This document shows positions 1 to 7,349 of a stretch of DNA of 13,941 bases, piece by piece. This DNA is from Myxococcales bacterium (lineage in GTDB: Bacteria; Myxococcota; Myxococcia; Myxococcales; Anaeromyxobacteraceae), in contig JBBQEB010000101.1 of NCBI GenBank assembly GCA_038320275.1, positions 1-13,941 on the forward strand. Reading direction: 5' to 3'. The notes beneath the pieces were generated by a model, which was given only the letters and a program-made list of their open reading frames with translations, made no database searches and was not told the origin of the DNA. The stretch's first letter is position 1. Each line of letters begins with the position of its first letter. Position numbers and translations under genes: made by a program.

Positions 1-1
1 G

Positions 2-1006
2 GTCCTGAGCGCAGCGCTGTTCTTCTTCTTCCAGGGCGCCTATCGGGGACGCGAGGATCACGCCGTGATCGCCAGGACTGTGGTAGTCAGCGCCGTGGTC
101 AAGTCCCTCATGGCCCTGTGGGTGGCCTGGAAGGTGATGCCGTTCACCAAGGACCTCGAGCATGCCACCAATCACGGCGACTCGGTCCTCTTCACGGTGG
201 CCGGCTTCATCCTGATCGCCCACTTTATCGAGACCGAGTCGCGCCGCTCCTCGAGGTGGATCCTCCTCGCCCTCCCCGTCATCGTCGGCGGGATGCTCGC
301 GAACAACCGCCGGCTGGCGTGGGTCGCCGTGGGCATCACGCTGCCGCTCTTCTACGTCGTGAGCCCCTGGCGCCGATGGAAGCGAGCCCTGACCCGCGGC
401 GTGATGCTGGCTGCGCCCCTGCTGACGCTATACGTCGGCGCGGGATGGAGCTCGAGCAGCGCGATGTTCAAGCCGGTGCGGATGGTCCGTTCGGTGGTGG
501 ACACCAAGACCGATCGTTCGTCCTGGGATCGACACGTCGAGAACTGGAACCTCGGAATGTCGATGCGCGCACACCCTCTGCTGGGCTTGGGCCTCGGCCA
601 CGAATGGACCGAGGTCTACAAGGGCGATGAGATCACGTCCATCTTCCCCCAGTACAAGTTTGAGCCGCATAACCAGGTGCTGGGTTGGCTCCTGTGGTTC
701 GGGGCAATCCCGTTCACCGGTGTATGGGCGCTCTTCGCGATCGTCGTGTTCCTCCTGATCCGCTCCTATCGGTGCTCGCAGGACGGGAACGACCGTGCTG
801 CGGCGCTGGCCATGATCGGCGCCATGGTCGCGGTCTTCGTGCAGTGCTACGGAGACCTGGGGCTCTACTGGACTCAGTCGCGGCTCGCGCTTGGCCTCGC
901 CACCGCGCTTGCGGCCAAGCTGGCCGTCTCGACGGGCGCGTGGCCCACGCCCGCGCGGCGCCTCGCGAGGCAAAACGAGATGCCCGCCGACGCGGCGTAC
1001 ACATGA
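2..1006 (+). CDS. Wzy_C / O-antigen ligase-like polysaccharide polymerase, 5'-partial
   Basis: Frame is open from the window edge (VLSAALFFFFQGAYRG...) through the 65..1006 ORF. Many hydrophobic helices, NNRRLAW segment, periplasmic loop with GLGLG and PHNQVLG (conserved His of Wzy_C/WaaL). Its TGA overlaps the next ATG. Confidence 0.8.
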   Translation, partial: VLSAALFFFFQGAYRGREDHAVIARTVVVSAVVKSLMALWVAWKVMPFTKDLEHATNHGDSVLFTVAGFILIAHFIETESRRSSRWILLALPVIVGGMLANNRRLAWVAVGITLPLFYVVSPWRRWKRALTRGVMLAAPLLTLYVGAGWSSSSAMFKPVRMVRSVVDTKTDRSSWDRHVENWNLGMSMRAHPLLGLGLGHEWTEVYKGDEITSIFPQYKFEPHNQVLGWLLWFGAIPFTGVWALFAIVVFLLIRSYRCSQDGNDRAAALAMIGAMVAVFVQCYGDLGLYWTQSRLALGLATALAAKLAVSTGAWPTPARRLARQNEMPADAAYT

Positions 1007-2331
1007 TGGCACCTGCCCGGGCGAGCGCGACGGAGCGCCGCCTGAAGATTCTTCTCGTCAACGAGCTCGCCAATCCGCAGTGGGTGAGCGTTCCCGCCGT
1101 CGGATGGAGACACGGTCAGGCGCTCCGCAAGATCGTGGACGTCGTCGAGGTGACGAGTTCGGTCAATCGGGAGAACTATCTCCAGACCCACCTGCGTGAA
1201 GGCACGGATTTCGACAGCATCGACATCTCTGGCCTCGACCGAGCGCTCATCCGCGCGAGCAAATATCTCGGCGTGGGAGAAGGCCTCGGCCTGTCCACCC
1301 GGACGGCCATGCATCGCCTCCCGTACCAGTGGTTCGAGCACCTGGCCTGGCGGAAGTACGGTAAGCGGCTGCAGGCCGGGGAATTCGACCTGGTTCACCG
1401 CGCGACCCCGCTCTCTCCATCCATGCCGAGCTCTCTCGCGAGCCGATGCAAGGCGATCGGGGTCCCCTTCGTGGTCGGACCCATCAACGGTGGTCTTCCG
1501 TGGCCCAGAGGGTTCGGGCGCGTGCGCATGCAGGAGCGTGATTACTTCGGGATTTTTCGTGATCTGCAACGCTACTTCCCGGGGTATCGGCGCACCTGGA
1601 ACGACGCCAGCGCGATCGTCGCGGGCTCCCGTCAGGTGCGGCGTGAGCTGGCTCGATGGCGCGACAAGGTCGTCTATATCCCGGAGAACGGCATCGATCC
1701 TGCGTCGTTTCAAGGCGCACCTACTCCCGCCGACGGCCCCCTGCGCGTGATCTTCGTGGGCCGGCTGGTAGCGGTGAAGTGCCTGGATGTCCTCCTGGAG
1801 GCGGCCGCCTCCCTGCTTCGGGAGGGGCGCATATTTCTCACGGTGGTAGGCGATGGCCCCGAACTCGCCGGGCTCGAAGCTCTCGCGCGTCGTGAGAGGC
1901 TCGACGGTGCGGTCAGATTTGCCGGCTGGTCGGCTCGCGACGTCGTGAGCCAAAAGCTCGCCGAGTCGCATCTCTTCGCCTTTCCCAGCATCCGTGACTT
2001 CGGCGGAGGAGCGGTGCTGGAGGCCATGGCCTCGTGCGTGCCTCCCATCGTGGTGGACTACGGGGGGCCCGCTGAGCTGGTCACCGAAAGCACGGGGTTC
2101 CTCGTGCCTATGGGCCCACGCCCCACGCTCGTCGCGGGCTTCCGTTCGCTCTTGGAGCGCATCGTGGCCGATCCGTCCGGCCTCGCTGAAAAGGGCCGCC
2201 GCGCGCGCGAGCGCGTTTGCCGACACTTCTCCTGGGACGCGAAGGCGGCGCAGATGCTGGAGGTCTACCGGTGGGTTCTGGGTCAGCGGGAGCGTCCCGA
2301 CTTCGGGATGCCCTTTCCCGACGACGTCTGA
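1003..2331 (+). CDS. Glycosyltransferase family 4 (GT-B fold)
   Basis: ATGA overlap at 1003-1006. N-terminal LKILLV; IPENGID; FVGRLVAVK; FAFPSIRDFGGGAVLEAMA (D/E-x7-E motif); GGPAELV; FSWDAKA. The 685-1002 extension is shadow over the upstream gene. Confidence 0.92.
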   Translation: MMAPARASATERRLKILLVNELANPQWVSVPAVGWRHGQALRKIVDVVEVTSSVNRENYLQTHLREGTDFDSIDISGLDRALIRASKYLGVGEGLGLSTRTAMHRLPYQWFEHLAWRKYGKRLQAGEFDLVHRATPLSPSMPSSLASRCKAIGVPFVVGPINGGLPWPRGFGRVRMQERDYFGIFRDLQRYFPGYRRTWNDASAIVAGSRQVRRELARWRDKVVYIPENGIDPASFQGAPTPADGPLRVIFVGRLVAVKCLDVLLEAAASLLREGRIFLTVVGDGPELAGLEALARRERLDGAVRFAGWSARDVVSQKLAESHLFAFPSIRDFGGGAVLEAMASCVPPIVVDYGGPAELVTESTGFLVPMGPRPTLVAGFRSLLERIVADPSGLAEKGRRARERVCRHFSWDAKAAQMLEVYRWVLGQRERPDFGMPFPDDV

Positions 2332-2332
2332 C

Positions 2333-2491
2333 AGCGGAGCCCACTTGATATGAGCCCGTCGCGAGGCACACAATGCCGTCGGCGAGCCGGGCACACGAGG
2401 AGGGTACCCGTCCCGCGTCAGCGGGGTGGGTGTGCCCGGCGCAGGCAGGCAGCGTGCGCCGCAGCAGGGATCAGATCAAGGGGTCTCCGCT
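2333..2491. repeat. Long imperfect nested palindrome (MITE/REP-like or structured RNA) between convergent genes
   Basis: 2333-2353 AGCGGAGCCCACTTGATATGA vs 2471-2491 TCAGATCAAGGGGTCTCCGCT: 18/21 inverted match. Perfect 11-bp inverted repeat GCCGGGCACAC (2386-2396)/GTGTGCCCGGC (2430-2440). Inner hairpin 2406-2431 with GTCA loop. Confidence 0.7.
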
Positions 2492-2526
2492 ATGAGCCGA
2501 AGCCCGCGCGCCACGCGGCAGCGGTG

Positions 2527-3057
2527 TCACCGCTGCCAGGGGGGACCGGGCCGCGGGCGCACGCCGGTGAGCTGGACGACGTCGCCCGCCCAGGGACTCG
2601 CGGGGAAGCGTCGGAAGAAGAGCTCCGCTTCCAGCCGGGCCGCGACGATGTCGTTCAGGTTCACAAAGGACCGCATCCGCAGGAGGCTGCGCTCGTCCGT
2701 CCGGCCCTCCGGGTACCGACGGTCAGCATCCGCAAGCTCAACGAGCGCGGCCGACGGCCTCGCCTCCACCTGGGACCGGAGTGAAGGCATGAGCCCTTCC
2801 TCGCCCACCGCGGCCGCGGCCCTCTCACCCGCCGGTGCAGCCCGAGCCGGAGGGACCGGCTCGGGAGGCGTGCCCTCGCCGTGGCCCGCCTCGGCGGCCG
2901 CGGCGGCCGCAGCTGCCGAGGCTGGATGCGCGGGGGCTACCCACCACATCATCGCTACGATGAGAAGTGTCCCGCCACCGAGCAGCCCAGGAACGACGAC
3001 TCTTCGCGGGGGAGCGCGCGAGGATCTCTCGGGCTCAGAACCGCGTTTGGCAGACAT
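2527..3057 (-). CDS. Hypothetical membrane-anchored protein with C-terminal TPR-like helical region
   Basis: Likely ATG at 3057 (MSAKRG...), overlapping the upstream gene's end by 23 nt. Basic N-terminus, one TM segment (VVVPGLLGGGTLLIVAMMWWVA), Ala/Pro linker, then YPEG..DER..L...AARLEAELFFRRFPASP, a pattern resembling TPR-like C-termini. Confidence 0.65.
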   Translation of the reverse strand: MSAKRGSEPERSSRAPPRRVVVPGLLGGGTLLIVAMMWWVAPAHPASAAAAAAAAEAGHGEGTPPEPVPPARAAPAGERAAAAVGEEGLMPSLRSQVEARPSAALVELADADRRYPEGRTDERSLLRMRSFVNLNDIVAARLEAELFFRRFPASPWAGDVVQLTGVRPRPGPPWQR

Positions 3058-4831
3058 TGGCGTTCGCGTAGGTAGAGACGTCAGCCGGCGCCCATGGGAA
3101 TGACGGATCGTTGTAAGCCCAACTGAGGGCGCCAGCATAGCCCTGCGCCCGGAGGTCGCTCGCGACCTGCGCCACGGTGCGGGCAGGAAGATTGTTCACC
3201 GCGGCCAGGCCGGTCGAGGGGAACTCGCCCATCATCGTGGGCTTGCCCGTGAGCCCAGCGGACGCAAGCGTGGCGGTGTTGTAAGGGAACCATTGGTAGA
3301 CCCAGCCGTAATAATGCAGCTGGTAGAAGTCGAGCGGCAGGTGAGTCCAGGCATTGCCCCACTTGATGGCTGCGCTACCGAGCGTGACCAGCGCGGACGA
3401 GTTCGCCTTCAGCGTGGCTGCCATCTCACCGAGGAACGTCTGCATCTGGGCGTGCGTTACCGACTGTGAAGTGGTGGGTGAGAACCCATCTCCTCCATAC
3501 AGGTTGGCGCCCGTCATCGCCCATTCCGGCTCGTTCATCATGTCCCAGGCGATCATGCGCTTCTTGTAGGGACTCGCCTCCACGGCGCGGGCGATCGGCG
3601 CGACGAGGTTCGCCATGACCTTGGCGCGCAGCGTCGGGTCGATCACGAGAGGCTGTAGGCCGTGCGTGCCGTCCTCCGAGCCCGCCTTGAAGTTGTCGAA
3701 CGAGAACGGCGTCAACATAATGTAGACGTCGTTCTGCTCCGCCAAGGCCAGCGCCTCCTGGATGTCCGCCACCAGCGTGCCGCCGATGCCGCTCGGCGCC
3801 CCGTCGCTTCCGAACTGAATGCTGTCGTTGACGAATCGGGGGAACATCCACCACCGGATGACCTCTACCCCCGCCGCCTTCATCTGCTGCATCCCGCTCG
3901 CGAAGTCGGAGGGCTTGCTCGAGACGCTGTGCGCACCCCAGGCAGCGTGGCCGCCGAAGTCGCCGCCGTAGTACACCCACGCCCAGTTGGTCCCGTAGAG
4001 GTAGCGAGTCTCGCAGCCCCACTTGATCCCGTCCGCGACTGGGCAACCGTCGGAGCAGGCAGACGGCGACGAGACGGTGACCGTCGCGATGTCGCTCTTG
4101 CTCGGGTCCGCATGGCTCTTTGCCACGGCGTGATAGGTCCCCGGGATCGACGGCGCGGTGTATTGCCCGTTCTGCGCCACGCTGCCGCCCGTCGCCTCGT
4201 CCACCGACCAGGACACGGCGAGATCGGAAGAACCTGACACAACAGCGGAGAGCTTCGTCGTGCCGCCCTGCAGCAACTGGACGCTCCTGGGGCTCACCAC
4301 CACGGACACCACGGGAGTCGGAGGGGGAGTCGGAGTCGGAGGGGGAGTCGGAGTCGGAGGGGGAGTCGGAGTCGTCGGAGGGGGAGTCGGAGTCGGGGGA
4401 GGAGTCGGGGTCGGGGTCGGGTCAGGGGCCGGGGTAGGATCGGGATCGGTGGCAGGCCCAGGATCGGGTGCGGGAGGCGTCGCGGGCGTCACCGTCACGC
4501 GCTTCACGGTGATCGTCGCGACGGCTCGCAGTTGAGTGTTGTACGCGCTCACCGCGACGATGTGATACGTGCCAATCACGTTGGGCGCGGTGTAATGGCC
4601 CTGGCTGTCGATGGTGCCACCGTTCGGCTCCACCACCTTCCAGGTGACTTCCCCGCGATCGACCCCGGCTGCGGTCGCCTCGAAGCTCAGGTCGGCCCCC
4701 GGCGTCAGCTCTGCAGCCGCCGGGCGCACCTCCACCCCGGCAGCCGGATTCATGGACGGACCTGTCAGGCTACCGGACCCGCACGCCATCGCAATCGAGG
4801 CCGCAGTCACCAGCAGTCGGGCTCCGCGCAT
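3035..4831 (-). CDS. Lipoprotein glycoside hydrolase: two Ig-like domains, Pro/Thr linker, GH5 (clan GH-A) catalytic domain, mannanase-like
   Basis: Lipobox-like IAMAC (Cys17). Two related Ig-like repeats (V.W.V....GG....G.YTAP...GTYH.VA.S). PT linker. GH5 motifs WDMMNEPEW (acid/base), DFYQLHYY, PTMMGEFP (nucleophile), GALSW. GGAG upstream of the ATG. Confidence 0.85.
   Translation of the reverse strand: MRGARLLVTAASIAMACGSGSLTGPSMNPAAGVEVRPAAAELTPGADLSFEATAAGVDRGEVTWKVVEPNGGTIDSQGHYTAPNVIGTYHIVAVSAYNTQLRAVATITVKRVTVTPATPPAPDPGPATDPDPTPAPDPTPTPTPPPTPTPPPTTPTPPPTPTPPPTPTPPPTPVVSVVVSPRSVQLLQGGTTKLSAVVSGSSDLAVSWSVDEATGGSVAQNGQYTAPSIPGTYHAVAKSHADPSKSDIATVTVSSPSACSDGCPVADGIKWGCETRYLYGTNWAWVYYGGDFGGHAAWGAHSVSSKPSDFASGMQQMKAAGVEVIRWWMFPRFVNDSIQFGSDGAPSGIGGTLVADIQEALALAEQNDVYIMLTPFSFDNFKAGSEDGTHGLQPLVIDPTLRAKVMANLVAPIARAVEASPYKKRMIAWDMMNEPEWAMTGANLYGGDGFSPTTSQSVTHAQMQTFLGEMAATLKANSSALVTLGSAAIKWGNAWTHLPLDFYQLHYYGWVYQWFPYNTATLASAGLTGKPTMMGEFPSTGLAAVNNLPARTVAQVASDLRAQGYAGALSWAYNDPSFPWAPADVSTYANANVCQTRF
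4320..4412. repeat. 18-bp tandem repeat encoding the Pro/Thr linker (PPPTPT)n
   Basis: GGAGGGGGAGTCGGAGTC at 4320-4337, 4338-4355, 4356-4373 and 4377-4394 (3-nt GTC insert before the fourth copy), plus a degenerate copy at 4395-4412. Confidence 0.9.
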
Positions 4832-4906
4832 CCGCTCCGCCTTTCGCCTGTGATGCGAGCGAGGGCCAAGTCCCTCTCTCCCGTGTCACCCGGTCGAGCG
4901 GCAAGA

Positions 4907-4922
4907 TGCAACGTGCGGACCG
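4907..4922 (-). promoter_or_regulatory. Candidate sigma-54 (-24/-12) promoter for the GH5 lipoprotein gene
   Basis: Minus strand reads CGGTCCGCACGTTGCA = GG-N10-GC with consensus TTGCA at -12, about 75 nt upstream of the ATG at 4831. The -24 box is only a partial match to TGGCAC. Confidence 0.4.
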
Positions 4923-5107
4923 CGTGGCCGCGCTACCGGCTCATTTCCGAATTGCGCAGCGCAAACGATGGGATGTGACCTCCGGGAGCCCTCCTCGCGA
5001 GAGCCGACTTCAACGTTCGGCAGCGACCCGGGAGTAGGCCACCTCTCATGTCAGGCGGGACCCGCGCCGCCGGAGAGGGGAGGCAACGTTCGCTCCGGCC
5101 GTCCTGC

Positions 5108-6031
5108 TCACCTGTCCTTGCGGTAGAGACCCCACCACAGGTCATCCCCTGGGTAGGGCAGCCGCGCACGCGCCGGGAGGAGTCGATGAATCATCGGGAG
5201 CAGCCGCTCCCACCAGCTGCCCTTCCAGGCGTGTCCCAGCAGCTCCCCTGCATGCGCAACGGAGATCCATTTCGTCAGCCGTCCCCGCTCGACCTCGCGC
5301 AGTCCGAGCTCTGCCGCTAGGGTCGCGAGAGAGCGCGGCGTGAAGTAGTGAAGCGCGCTGGGTGGGCTGTACTCGTGCCATGCCGCACCCGTCATCCGGG
5401 CGCTCCAGCTCTCCGGATTCCAGGTCTCCACGAGCCAGAGCCCGCCTGGCGCCGTGACGCGTGCCGCTGCCTCGAAGGCTGCGCGCGGCGAGGTCAGGTG
5501 GGCGACCACCTGGATCAACAGGACGAGGTCGAAGGGACCTGGCATCGGGAGCGTCTCGAGCGTGCCCTGTACCACCTCGAGACCGAGCTGGGTGGTCGCA
5601 TGTCGCACCATCCGGGCGTTCGGCTCGACGCCGGTGCCCCGCCAGCCGGCATCCGCGAAGGCGCACAGCAGGAAGCCGGCAGCTGCACCGACATCCAGGA
5701 CCGAGCCCGGCTTCGCATGGCGCGCCACGATGCGGGCGTACGCCGCCCCGCGGGCGCGGAGGAGCTCTCCCTCGGCCAGGTAATCGGGGTAGCCCACCCC
5801 GCCGCCTTGAAAATAGGCGTCGTCGTAGACGAGCGCGACGTGGCCAGCCGTGGGATGATGCTCGGCGAACCGATGCGTGCAGCGCGCGCAGCGACGGACC
5901 CAGGCGCCGCGGGCGAACAGGAGGCGCGCGGTCCTCGCTCCGCAGAGGGGGCACGAGCAGGGCTCGTCGAGCCGGGTGGGATCATTGCTCACGTGTGGGC
6001 CCATCCCCGACCTGCGTCTTCGTGATTGCAC
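5108..6031 (-). CDS. Class I SAM-dependent methyltransferase with N-terminal Zn-ribbon
   Basis: CPLC...CARC, SAM motif VLDVGAAAGFLL, GVEPN, FDLV, PGG, and W..Y.PP..LHYF. Start uncertain (GTG 6031, ATG 6004 or GTG 5992). Confidence 0.88.
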   Translation of the reverse strand: MQSRRRRSGMGPHVSNDPTRLDEPCSCPLCGARTARLLFARGAWVRRCARCTHRFAEHHPTAGHVALVYDDAYFQGGGVGYPDYLAEGELLRARGAAYARIVARHAKPGSVLDVGAAAGFLLCAFADAGWRGTGVEPNARMVRHATTQLGLEVVQGTLETLPMPGPFDLVLLIQVVAHLTSPRAAFEAAARVTAPGGLWLVETWNPESWSARMTGAAWHEYSPPSALHYFTPRSLATLAAELGLREVERGRLTKWISVAHAGELLGHAWKGSWWERLLPMIHRLLPARARLPYPGDDLWWGLYRKDR

Positions 6032-6212
6032 GCCGAGTCCTTGCGCTTCCCGCCTGTGCCTGGGATGGTTCTCATCAGTTCGGCCCTCGCGTGTTCAGGT
6101 GTCAGGCACCCGTGGGGCTGGTGCTCGCAACGCCCGAGGTGGAAAGTCATCCTCGTACTTACCGTGTCTCCGCGACGTGCGCGGCGGCCCGGCCTCTCGC
6201 CTCGGAGCCCCC

Positions 6213-7349
6213 TTGTCCCGGATCCTGACGATGTTCGGCACGCGCCCCGAGATCATCAAGCTCGCGCCCGTGATCCGCGCGCTCGAGGCGCGCCCGGACC
6301 AGTTCACGACCGTCAACGTCTGCTCGGGCCAGCACACGGACCTGCTCGTCCCCTTCCTGCGCCGCTTCGCCTTGCGCACCGATCATGACCTCGGCGTCAT
6401 GCGGGAGGCGCAGTCGCTGTCCGGGGTCGCGGCGCGGGTGCTGGAGGCCATCGACCCTATCCTCGCTGCGGAGACGCCGGACCTCGTGCTCGTGCAGGGC
6501 GACACCACCACAGCCCTCGCCGGAGCGCTGGCCGCCTTCCACCGCAAGATCCCGGTCGGTCACGTCGAGGCCGGGCTGCGCTCGGGAAACGTGGACAGCC
6601 CCTTTCCAGAGGAGATGAACCGCCGCCTGGTCACCCAGCTCGCCGCGCTCCACTTTGCCGCCACCGCGCGCAACGTGGCCGCCCTGCGGACCGAGGGCGT
6701 TCCCGACGGCCGCATCGCCCTCACCGGCAACACCGTGGTGGATGCGCTTCTGGACGTCCTCGCGAACGAGAAGCCCAGCCCGGCCATCGCCGCGCTGGCG
6801 GAGAGCTGGAGCGGGAGGCGCCTCATCGTCCTCACCACGCATCGCCGCGAGGCGTTCGGCCGGCGGATGGCGGAGTACCTGAAGGTGCTCGCGAGGTTCG
6901 TCGAGGAGCGGCCCGACGTCGCCCTCGCCTTCCCCATCCACCCGAACCCGGTGGTCCGCGACGCCGCCGCCACGATCCTGGGCCATACGCCGCGCGTACA
7001 CCTCCTGCCACCGCTCGATCACCCCGATTTCGTCCACCTGCTCTCCCAAGCCTGGCTGGTGGTCTCCGACTCGGGCGGCGTGCAGGAGGAGGTAGCCACG
7101 CTCGGCAAGGGACTCCTCGTTCTGCGCGATACGACCGAGCGCCCGGAAGTGCTGGACGCAGGCATCGGCCGGCTGGTCGGCCCGTCGGCGTCCCGGCTTC
7201 GGGAGCTGCTGCTGGAAGCGGAGGCCGACCCAGCCTGGCTGCTGCGGGTCCGGAGCACTCCCAACCCGTTTGGCGACGGCGCGAGCGGCCCCCGCATCGC
7301 CGGTGTGATCGACGGCTGGCTCTCCGACAGGGAGGCCGCCCATGGCTGA
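6213..7349 (+). CDS. wecB: UDP-N-acetylglucosamine 2-epimerase (non-hydrolysing)
   Basis: GTRPEIIK, SGQH, VQGDTTT, GHVEAGLRS, PFPEEMNR, GNTVVDAL, HRRE, DSGGVQEE, RDTTERPE, NPFGDG. TTG start at 6213 with GGAG at 6204-6207. Confidence 0.93.
   Translation: MSRILTMFGTRPEIIKLAPVIRALEARPDQFTTVNVCSGQHTDLLVPFLRRFALRTDHDLGVMREAQSLSGVAARVLEAIDPILAAETPDLVLVQGDTTTALAGALAAFHRKIPVGHVEAGLRSGNVDSPFPEEMNRRLVTQLAALHFAATARNVAALRTEGVPDGRIALTGNTVVDALLDVLANEKPSPAIAALAESWSGRRLIVLTTHRREAFGRRMAEYLKVLARFVEERPDVALAFPIHPNPVVRDAAATILGHTPRVHLLPPLDHPDFVHLLSQAWLVVSDSGGVQEEVATLGKGLLVLRDTTERPEVLDAGIGRLVGPSASRLRELLLEAEADPAWLLRVRSTPNPFGDGASGPRIAGVIDGWLSDREAAHG

Noticed and set aside
2350..3103. Plus-strand ORFs 2350-2784 and 2426-3103 near the GAGGAGG at 2397-2403
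   Set aside because: The SD-like sequence is not properly spaced to either start, the products are low-complexity, and they lie antisense to the more credible minus-strand gene.
3058..3138. ORF-track start at 3138 for the TPR-like protein
   Set aside because: Would overlap the GH5 gene by about 100 nt; ATG 3057 gives a more plausible N-terminus.
4320..4412. Tandem repeat as a CRISPR array, or as plus-strand (ESEG)n/(GV)n proteins
   Set aside because: No spacers and no cas genes; fully explained as the PT linker of the minus-strand gene.
6104..6119. AGGCACCCGTGGGGCT as a sigma-54 promoter for wecB
   Set aside because: GG-N10-GC spacing is right but the -12 box lacks TT; such matches are common by chance in GC-rich DNA.
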